64,000 nt of DNA, taken from the NCBI GenBank assembly GCA_030390025.1, contig CM059431.1, forward strand, positions 99,574,001 through 99,638,000. Direction: 5' to 3'. Under the pieces are notes generated by a model that saw nothing but the letters and a program-made list of their open reading frames with translations, had not been told where the DNA came from and did no database searches. The position numbers were made by a program, and so were the translations under genes. This document shows, one piece after another, positions 52,201 through 64,000 of this stretch (position 1 is its first letter; every line of letters begins with the position of its first letter). Origin of the DNA: Squalus acanthias. Taxonomy: Eukaryota.

Positions 52201-55200
52201 TTACACACCCCGCCTATTACACCCGTCCGATATACACACCGCCTATTATACACCCGCCCGTTATACACCCCGCCGATTACACCCGTCCATTATACACCCC
52301 GTCTATTACACCCGCCCGTTATACACCCCGCCTATTACGCCCGTCCGTTATACACCCCGTCTATTACACCAGCCCATTACACACACCGCCCATTATACAC
52401 CAGTCCGTTATACACCCCGCCTATTACACCCGTCCGATATACACCCCGCCTATTATACACCCGCCCGTTATACACCCCGCCTATTACACGCGTCTATTAT
52501 ACACCCCGTCTATTACACCCGCCCGTTATACACCCCGCCTATTACGCCCGTCCGTTATACACCCCGTCTATTACACCTGCCCATTACACACACCGCCCAT
52601 TATAGACCCGCCCGTTATACACCCCGCCTATTACACCCGCCGGTTATACACCCCACCTATTACACCCGCCCGTTATACACCCCACCTATTACACCCGCCC
52701 GTTATACACCCCGCCTATTACACCCGCCCGTTATACACCCCGCCTATTACACCTGTCCGTTATACACCCCGCCCATTACACCCGCCTTTTATACACCCCG
52801 CCCATTACACCCGCCGTTACACACCCCGCTTATTACACCTGCCCGTTATACTCCCCGCCTATTACTCCAGCCCGTTACACACCCCGCCCATTATACACCC
52901 GCCCGTTATACACCCCGCCTATTACACCATCCGTTATACACCCCGCCTATTAGACCCTGCCCCATTATACACCCCGCCTATTACACCCTGCCCGTTATAC
53001 ACCCCGCCTATTACACCCGCCCGTTATACACACCGCCTATTACACCCGCCCGTTATACACACCGCCTATTACACCCGCCTGTTATACAACCCGCCTATTA
53101 AACCCGCCTGTTATACACCCCGCCTATTACACCCGCCCGTTATACACCCCACCTATTACACCCGCAGGTTATACACCCCGCCTATGACACCCGCCCGTTA
53201 TACACCCCGCCTTATATACACCCGCCCATTATACACCCCGCCTATTACACACGCCCGTTATACACCACGCCTATTACACCCGCCCGTTATACACCCCGCC
53301 TATTAAACCCGCCCGTTATACACCCCGCCTATTATACACCCACCCGTTATACACCCTGCTTATTACACCCGTCCGTTATACATCCGCCCGTTATACACAC
53401 CGCTTATTACACCCGACCGTTATCCACCACGCCTATTACACCCGCCCGTTATACACCCCGCCTATTACACCCGCCCGTTATACACCCCGCCTGTTCCACC
53501 CGCCCGTTATACACCGCGCCTATTACACCCGTCCGATATACACCCCACCTATTATACACCCGCCCGTTATACACCCCGCCTATTACACCCGTCCGTTATA
53601 CACCCCGCCTGTTCCACCCGCCCGTTATACACCGCGCCTATTACACCCGCCCGTTATACACCCCGCCTATTATACACCCGCCCGTTATACACCCCGCCTA
53701 TTAAACCCGTCCGTTATACACCCCGCCTAATACACCCGCCCGTTATACACCCCGCCTATTAAACCCGCCCGTTATACACCCCGCCAATTATACACCCAAC
53801 CGTTATAAACCCCGCCTATTACACCCGCCCGTTATACACCCCGCCTATTACACCCACCCATTATAAATCCCGCCTATTACACCCGTCTGATATACACACC
53901 GCCCATTATACACCTGCCCATTATACACCCCTCCTATTACACCCGCCAGTTATACACCCATCCGTTATACACCCCGCCTATTATACATCCGCTCGTTATA
54001 CACCCCGCCTATTACACCCGTCCGTTATACACACCGTCCATTAAACACCCGTTCGTTATACACCCCGCCTATTACACCCACCCGTTATACACCCCGCCTA
54101 TTACACTCGTCCGTTATACACACCGCCCATTATACACCCGTCCGTTATACACCCCGCCTATTACACCCGTTAGATATACACCCCGCCTATTACACCCGTC
54201 CGTTATACACACCGCCCATTATACACCTGCCCGTTATACACCATGCCTATTACACCCGCCCGTTATACACCCTGTCGATTACACCCGCCCATTATACAAC
54301 CCGCCTATTATGCACCCACCCGTTATACACCCCGCTTATTACACCCATCCGTTATACACCCGCCCGTTATACACCCCGCCTATTACACCCGCCCGTTATA
54401 CACCCCACCTATTACACCCGCCCGTTATAAACCCCGACTATTACACCCGTCCGATATACACCCCGCCTATTATACACCCGCCCGTTATACACCCCGCCTA
54501 TTACACCCGCCCGTTATACACCCCCCCTATTACACCCGCCCGTTATACACCCCGCCTATTACACCCGTCCGATATACACCCCACCTATTATCCACCCACC
54601 CGTTATACACCCCGCCTATTACACCGTCAGATATACACCCCGCCTATTATACACCCGCCCGTTATACACCCCGCCTATTACGCCCGCCCGTTATCCACCC
54701 CGATTATTACACCCGTCCGATATACACCCCGCCTATTATACACCCGGCCGTTATACATCCCGCTTATTATAGCCGTCCGTTATACACCCGCCCGTTATAC
54801 ACCCCGCCTATTAGAGCCGCCCGTTATACACCCCGCCTATTATACACTCGTCCGTTAAACACACCGCCCATTATATACCCGTCCGTTATACACCCCGCCT
54901 ATTATAGCCGTCCGATATACACCACGCCTATTACACCCACCCGTTATACACCCCGCCTATTACACCCACCCATTATACACCCCGCCTATTACACCCACCC
55001 ATTATAAACCCCGCCTATTACACCCGTCAGATATACACACCGCCCATTATACACCTGCCCATTATACACCCCTCCTATTACACCCGCCAGTTATACACCC
55101 GTCCGTTATACACCCCGCCTATTATACACCCGCTCGTTATACACCCCGCCTATTACACCTGTCAATTATACACACCGTCCATTATACACCCTTTCGTTAT

Positions 55201-58200
55201 ACACCCCGCCTATTATACACCCGCTCGTTATACACCCCGCCTATTACACCCGTCCATTATACACACCGTCCATTATATAACCTTTCGTTATACACCCCGC
55301 CTATTACACCCATCCGTTATACACCCCGCCTATTACACACGCCCGTTATACACCACGCCTATTACACCCGCCCGTTATACACCCCGCCTATTAAACCCGC
55401 CCGTTATACACCCCGCCTATTATACACCAACCCGTTATACACCCTGCTTATTACACCCGTCCGTTATACATCCGCCCGTTATACACACCGCTTATTACAC
55501 CCGACCGTTATCCACCACGCCTATTACACCCGCCCGTTATATACCCCGCCTATTACACCCGTCCGAAATACACCCCGCCTATTATACACCCACCCGTTAT
55601 ACACCCCGCCTACTACACCTGCCCGTTATACACCCCGCCTGTTCCACCCGCACGTTATACACCGCGCCTATTACACCCGTCCGATATACACCCCACCTAT
55701 TATACACCCGCCCGTTATACACCCCGCCTATTACACCCGTCCGTTATACACCCCGCCTGTTCCACCCCGCCGTTATACACCGCGCCTATTACACCCGCCC
55801 GTTATACACCCCGCCTATTATACACCGCACCGTTATACACCCCGCCTATTAAACCCGTCCGTTATACACCCCGCCTAATACACCCGCCCGTTATACACCC
55901 CGCCTATTAAACCCGCCTGTTATACACCCCGCCTATTATACACCCAACCGTTATAAACCCCGCCTATTACAGCCCGCCCGTTATACACCCGCCTATTACA
56001 CCCAACCATTATAAATCCCGCCTATTACACCCGTCTGATATACACACCGCCCATATACACCTGCCATTATACACCCGTCCTATTACACCCGCCAGTTATA
56101 CTCCCATCCGTTATACCACCCCGCCTAATATCTCCCCGCTCGTTATACACCCCGCCTATTACACCCGTCCGTTATACACACCGTCCATTTAACACCCGTT
56201 CGTTATACACCCGCCTATTACACCCAACCGTTATACCACCCGCCTATTACACTCGTCCGTTATACACACCGCCCATTATACACCCGTCCGTTATACACCC
56301 CGCCTATTACACCCGTTAGATATACACCCCGCCTATTACACCCGTCCGTTATACACACCGCCCATTATACACCTGCCCGTTATACACCATGCCTATTACA
56401 CCCGCCCGTTATACACCCTGCCGATTACACCCGCCCATTATACAACCCGCCTATTATGCACCCACCCGTTATACACCCCGCTTATTACACCCATCCGTTA
56501 TACACCCGCCCGTTATACACCCCGCCTATTACACCCGCCCGTTATACACCCCACCTATTACACCCGCCCGTTATAAACCCCGACTATTACACCCGTCCGA
56601 TATACACCCCGCCTATTATACACCCGCCTATTACACCCGCCCGTTATACACCCCCCTATTACACCCGCCCGTTATACACCCCGCCTATTACACCCGTCCG
56701 ATATACACCCCACCTATTATCCACCCACCCGTTATACACCCCGCCTATTACACCCGTCAGATATACACCCCGCCTATTATACACCCGCCCGTTATACACC
56801 CCGCCTATTACGCCCGCCCGTTATCCACCCCGATTATTACACCCGTCCGATATACACCCCGCCTATTATACACCCGGCCGTTATACATCCCGCTTATTAC
56901 AGCCGTCCGTTATACACCCGCCCGTTATACACCCCGCCTATTAGAGCCGCCCGTTATACACCCCGCCTATTATACACTCGTCCGTTAAACACACCGCCCA
57001 TTATATACCCGTCCGTTATACACCCCGCCTATTATAGCCGTCCGATATACACCACGCCTATTACACCCACCCGTTATACACCCGCCTATTACACCCACCC
57101 ATTATACACCCCGCCTATTACACCCACCCATTATAAACCCCGCCTATTACACCCGTCAGATATACACACCGCCCATTATACACCTGCCCATTATACACCC
57201 CTCCTATTACACCCGCCAGTTATACACCCGTCCGTTATACACCCCGCCTATTATACACCCGCTCGTTATACACCCCGCCTATTACACCCGTCCATTATAC
57301 ACACCGTCCATTATACACCCTTTCGTTATACACCCCGCCTATTATACACCCGCTCGTTATACACCCCGCCTATTACACCCGTCCATTATACACACCGTCC
57401 ATTATATAACCTTTCGTTATACACCCCGCCTATTACACCCATCCGTTATACACCCCGCCTATTACACACGCCCGTTATACACCACGCCTATTACACCCGC
57501 CCGTTATACACCCCGCCTATTAAACCCGCCCGTTATACACCCCGCCTATTATACACCAACCCGTTATACACCCTGCTTATTACACCCGTCCGTTATACAT
57601 CCGCCCGTTATACACACCGCTTATTACACCCGACCGTTATCCACCACGCCGATTACACCCGCCCGTTATACACCCCGCCTATTACACCCGTCCGAAATAC
57701 ACCCCGCCTATTATACACCCACCCGTTATACACCCCGCCTACTACACCCGCCCGTTATACACCCCGCCTGTTCCACCCGCCCGTTATACACCGCGCCTAT
57801 TACACCCGTCCGATATACACCCACCTATTACACCCGCCCGTTATACACCCCGCCTATTACACCCGTCCGTTATACACCCCGCCTGTTCCACCCGCCCGTT
57901 ATACACCGCGCCTATTACACCCGCCCGTTATACACCCCGCCTATTATACACCCAACCGTTATAAACCCCGCCTATTACACCCGCCCGTTATACACCCCGC
58001 CTATTACACCCACCCATTATAAATCCCGCCTATTACACCCGTCTGATATACACACCGCCCATTATACACCTGCCCATTATACACCCCTCCTATTACACCC
58101 GCCAGTTATACACCCATCCGTTATACACCCCGCCTATTATACATCCGCTCGTTATACACCCCGCCTATTACACCCGTCCGTTATACACACCGTCCATTAA

Positions 58201-61200
58201 ACACCCGTTCGTTATACACCCCGCCTATTACACCCACCCGTTATACACCCCGCCTATTACACCCGGCCGTTATACACCCCGCCAATTGTACACCCGTCCG
58301 TTATAACCCCGCCTATTACACCCGTTGTTATACACCCCGCTATTACAACCCGTTCCGTTATACACCACGCCCATTATACACATGCCGTTATACACCATGC
58401 CTATTACACCCGCCCGTTATACACCCTGCCGATTACCCCGCCCCATTTATACAACCCACCTATTATGCACCCACCCGTTATTACACCACGCTTATTCCAC
58501 ATCCCGTTATACACACGCCCGTTATACACCCCCGCCTATTACACCGCCCGTTATACACCCCACCTATACCACCCACGTTATAAAACCCCGACTATTCACA
58601 CCAGTACGATATACACCCCACTATTATCCACCCACCCATTATTACCCCCGCCTATTACACCGTCAGATTTAAACCCCGATTATTACACCAGTAGTATACA
58701 CCCGCCTATTATACACCCGGCCGTTATATATCAGCTTATTACAGCCATCCGTTATACACCCGCCCGTTATACACCCCGCCTATTAGAGCCGCCCGTTATA
58801 CACCCCGCCTATTATACACTCGTCCGTTAAACACACCGCCCATTATATACCCGTCCGTTTTACACCCCGCCTATTATAGCCGTCCGATATACACCACGCC
58901 TATTACACCCACCCGTTATACACCCCGCCTATTACACCCACCCATTATACACCCCGCCTATTACACCCACCCATTATAAACCCCGCCTATTACACCCGTC
59001 AGATATACACACCGCCCATTATACACCTGCCCATTATACACCCCTCCTATTACACCCGCCAGTTATACACCCGTCCGTTATACACCCCGCCTATTATACA
59101 CCCGCTCGTTATACACCCCGCCTATTACACCCGTCCATTATACACACCGTCCATTATAGACCCTTTCGTTATACACCCCGCCTATTATACACCCGCTCGT
59201 TATACACCCCACCTATTACACCCGTCCATTATACACACCGTCCATTATATAACCTTTCGTTATACACCCCGCCTATTACACCCATCCGTTATACACCCCG
59301 CCTATTACACCCGTCCATTATACACACAGCCCATTATACACCCGTCCGTTATACACCCCGCCTATTACACCCGTTCGATATACACCCCGCCTATTACACC
59401 CGTCCGTTATACACACCGCCCATTATACACCCGTCCGTTATACACCCCGCCTATTACACCTGCCCGTTATACACCATGCCTATTACACCCGCCCGTTATA
59501 CACCCCGCTTATTACACCCGTCCGTTATACACCCACCCGTTATACACCCCGCCTATTACACCCACCCATTATACACCCCGCCTATTACACCCACCCATTA
59601 TAAACCCCGCCTATTACACCCGTCAGATATACACACCGCCCATTATACACCTGCCCATTATACACCCCTCCTATTACACCCGCCAGTTATACACCCGTCC
59701 GTTATACACCCCGCCTATTATACACCCGCTCGTTATACACCCCGCCTATTACACCCGTCCATTATACACACCGTCCATTATACACCCTTTCGTTATACAC
59801 CCCGCCTATTATACACCCGCTCGTTATACACCCCACCTATTACACCCGTCCATTATACACACCGTCCATTATATAACCTTTCGTTATACACCCCGCCTAT
59901 TACACCCATCCGTTATACACCCCGCCTATTACACCCGTCCATTATACACACAGCCCATTATACACCCGTCCGTTATACACCCCGCCTATTACACCCGTTC
60001 GATATACACCCCGCCTATTACACCCGTCCGTTATACACACCGCCCATTATACACCCGTCCGTTATACACCCCGCCTATTACACCTGCCCGTTATACACCA
60101 TGCCTATTACACCCGCCCGTTATACACCCCGCTTATTACACCCGTCCGTTATACACCCGCCTGTTATACACCCCGCCTATTACACCCGCCCATTATACAC
60201 CCCGCCTATTACACCTGCCCGTTAGACACCCCGCCTATTACACCCGCCCGTTATAAACCCCGACTATTACACCCGTCCGATATACACCCCGCCTATTATA
60301 CACCCGCCCGTTATAAACCCCGCCTATTACACCCGCCCGTTATACACCCCGCCTATTACACCCGCCCGTTATACACCGCGCCTATTACACCCGTCCGATA
60401 TACACCCCGCCTATTATCCACCCACCTGTTATACACCCCGCCTATTACACCCGTCAGATATACACCCCGCCTATTATACACCCATCCAGTTATACACCCG
60501 CCTATTACACCCGTCCGTTATACACCCCGTATATTACACCCGCCCGTTATACACCCCGCCTATTACACCTGCCCGTTATACACCCCGCCTATTATACACC
60601 CACCCGTGAAACACCCCGCCTATTACACCCGCCCGTTATACACACCGATTATTACGCCCGTCCGATATACACCCCGGCTATTATACACCCGGCCATTATA
60701 CACCCCGCTTATTACACCCCTCCGTTATACACCCGCCGGTTACACACCCCGCCTATTAGAGCCGCCCGTTATACACCCCGCCTATTGCACCTGTCCATTA
60801 AGCACACCGCCCATTATACACGCATCCGTTATACACCCCGCCAATTACACCCATCCGATATACACCACGCCTATGACAGCCGCCCGTTATACACCCCGCC
60901 TATTACACCCGCCCGTTATACACCCCGCCTATTATACACCCACCCGTTATACACCCCGCCTATTACAACCGCCCGATATGCACCCCGCCTATTACACACA
61001 CACATTATACACCCCGCCTATTACACCCGTCCGATATACACCCTCCCCATTATACAGCGGCCCGTTCTACACCCCGCCTATTATACACCCGCCCGTTATA
61101 CACCCCGACTATTACACCCGCCCGTTATACACCCCGCCTATTACACCCGTCCGATATACACCCCGCCTATTATACACCCACCCGTTATACACCCGCCTAT

Positions 61201-64000
61201 TACACCCGTCCGATATACACCCCACCCGTTATACATCCGCCCGTTATACACCCCGCCTATTACACCCGCCCGTTATACACCCCGCCTATTACACCTGCCC
61301 ATTATAGACCCCGATTATTACACCCGTCCGATATACACCCCGCCTATTATACACCCGCCCGTTAAACACACCGCCCATTATACACCAGTCCGTTATACAC
61401 CCCGCCTATTACACCCGCCCGTTATACACCCCGCCTAATACACCCGCCCGTTATACACCCCGCCTATTACACCTGCCCGTTATAAACCCCGCCTATTACA
61501 CCCGTCCGATATACACCCCGCCTATTATACACCCGCCCGTTATACACCCCGCCTATTACACCCGCCCATTATACACCCCGCCGATTATACACCCACCCAT
61601 TATACACCCCGCCTATTACACCCGTCCGATATACACCCCGCTTATTATACACCCGCCCGTTATACACCCCGCCTATTACACCCGTCCGTTATACACCCCG
61701 TCTATTACACCCACCCATTATACACCCCGCCTATTACACTCGCCCTTTATACACCCGCCCGTTATACACCCTGCCAGTACACCCGCCCGTTATACACACC
61801 GCCCATTATACACCCACCCATTATACACCCCGCCTATTACACCCGCCCGTTATACACGCCGTCTATTACACCCGCCCGTTATACACACCGCCCATTATAC
61901 ACCTGCCCGTTATACACGCCGTCTATTACACCCGCCCGTTATACACCCCGCCTATTACACCCGCCCGTTAGAGACCCCGCCTATTACACCTGCCCGTTAT
62001 ACACCCCGCCTATTACACCCGCCCGTTATACACCCCGCTTATTACACCCGTCCGTTATACACCCCTCCTATTACACCCGCCCGTTATACACCCGCCCGTT
62101 ATACCCCCGCCCATTATACACCCGCCCGTTATACACCCGCCCGTTATACACCCGTCGGTTATACACCCCGTCCTTTATACACCCGCCCGTTATACACCCC
62201 GCCTATTACACACGCCCGTTATACACACCGCCCATTATACACCCACCCGTTATACACCCCGCCTATTACACCTGCCCGTTATACACACTGCCCATTATAC
62301 ACCCGCCCATTATACACCTGCCCGTTATACGCCCCGCCTATTACACCCGCCCATTATACACCCCGCCTATTACACCCGCCCGTTATACACCCCGCCTATT
62401 ACACCCGCCTGTTATATACCCCGGCTATTACACCCGCCCGTTATACTCAACGCGCATTATACACCCGCCTGTTATACACCCCGCCTATTACATCTGCCCA
62501 TTATACACCCCGTCTGTTACACACCCGCCCGTTATACACCCCGCCCATTACACACCCGACTGTTACACACACGCCCGTTAGACATCCGCCCGTTATACAG
62601 CCCGTCTGTTACACCCCAGCCTGTTAGACACCCACCCGTTATACACCCCATCTGTTACACACCAGCCTGTTATGCACCCGCCCGTTATACATCCCGTCTG
62701 TTATATACCCACCGTTAGACACCCTGCCCGTTATACACCCGCCCGTTACACACCCCGCCTGTTATACTCCTGCCCGTTACGCAACCGCCCGTTACACACC
62801 CGCCCATTACACACCCGTTGTTACACACCCGCCCGTTAGACACCCGCCCGTTACACACCCGGCATTTATACACGACGCCCGTTATACACCCGCCCATTAT
62901 ACACCCGCCTGTTATACAACCGCCAGTTATACACGACGCCCGTTATACACCCGCCCATTATACACCCGCTCGTTATACACCCGCCCGTTATACACCCCGA
63001 CGGTTATACATCCACCCGTTATACGCCCCGCCCGTTATACACCCGCCCGTTATACACCCGCCTGTTATACACCCGCCCGTTATACACCCGCCGGTTATAC
63101 ACCCCGTCCTTTATACACCCGCCCGTTATACACCCCGACGGTTATACATCCGCCCGTTATACACCCGCCTGTTACACATCCACCTGTTATACACCCGCCC
63201 GTTACACACTCGCCCGTTATACACCCGCCCGTTACACACCCCACCTGTTATACAACCCGCCCGTTATACCACCTGCCCATTATACACCTGCACATTAAAC
63301 ACCCCGCCTGTTATACAGCCGCCCGTTATACACCCTGCCAATTACACCCGCCCGTTATACACCCCATATTACACCTGCCCGTTACACAGCCCGCCTATTA
63401 TACACCCACCCGTTATATACCCCGCCTATTACACACGCCTGTTATACACCCCGCCTATTACAACTGCCCGTTATACACCCCGCCTATTATACACCCACCC
63501 GTTATACACCCCGCCTATTACACCCATCCGTTATACACACCGCCCATTATACACCCGTCCGTTATACAGCATGCCTATTATACCCGCCCATTATTCACAC
63601 CAGCCATTATACACCCGCCCGTTATACACCCCGCCTATTACACCCGCCCGTTATACACCCCGCCTATTACACCCGCCCGTTATACACCCCGTCTATTACA
63701 CCCGCCCGTTATACACCCCGTCTATTACACCCACCCGTTATACACCCCGCCTATTACACCCGCCCGTTATACACCCTGCCTATTACACCCGCCCGTTATA
63801 CAGACTGCCCATTATACAGCCGCCCGTTATACACCCCGCCTATTACACCCGCCTGTTATACACACCGCCCATTATCCACCTGCCCATTATACACCCCTCC
63901 TATTACACCCACCAGTTATACAACCGCCCGTTATACACCTGCCCGTTATACACCCCGCCTATTACACCCGCCCGTTATACACCCCGCCTATTACACCCGC
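49260..64000. repeat. CpG-rich satellite, about 29-bp unit CACCCGCCCGTTATACACCCCGCCTATTA built from 13-16 bp subunits, runs off the window end
   Basis: Directly visible. The 29-aa period in the ORF track equals three 29-bp units. Confidence 0.98.

Noticed and set aside
49125..61438. Extensin/adhesive-like Pro-Tyr-Thr-His ORFs
   Set aside because: The 29-bp unit is not a multiple of 3, the peptide cycles through all frames and stops are scattered, so this is non-coding satellite.
49260..64000. Telomeric repeat
   Set aside because: G/C strand bias is telomere-like but there are no TTAGGG/CCCTAA runs.

Overview
Vertebrate (very probably shark/elasmobranch) genomic DNA, not prokaryotic. About 60% of the window is three tandem arrays: a 20-bp array (739-2312), a 500-N gap, a ~22.8-kb 19-bp array (2813-25627) and a >14.7-kb CpG-rich 29-bp array (49260 to the window end). 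The ~23.6 kb between the two large arrays is full of 5'-truncated CR1 and L2-type LINEs, tRNA-derived SINEs (including DeuSINE/SacSINE1-like copies), a decayed PIF/Harbinger-like element, a MITE and a Penelope-like fragment. The only host coding sequence I can support is the A-type first coding exon of an intracellular FGF (FHF) gene, most similar to FGF14 exon 1A (39701-39893, +). It is preceded by a CpG-rich region containing a near-perfect RE1/NRSE (REST) site and a 28-copy minisatellite. The most unusual structures are an 11-copy 51-bp array of Pol III B-boxes amplified from a SINE head, a ~135-bp inverted duplication fused to an internally deleted CR1, and kilobase-scale higher-order repeats in the satellites. 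I do not see convincing evidence of a new multi-gene system. Family names come from recalled sequence similarity, not database searches, and repeat boundaries are approximate.
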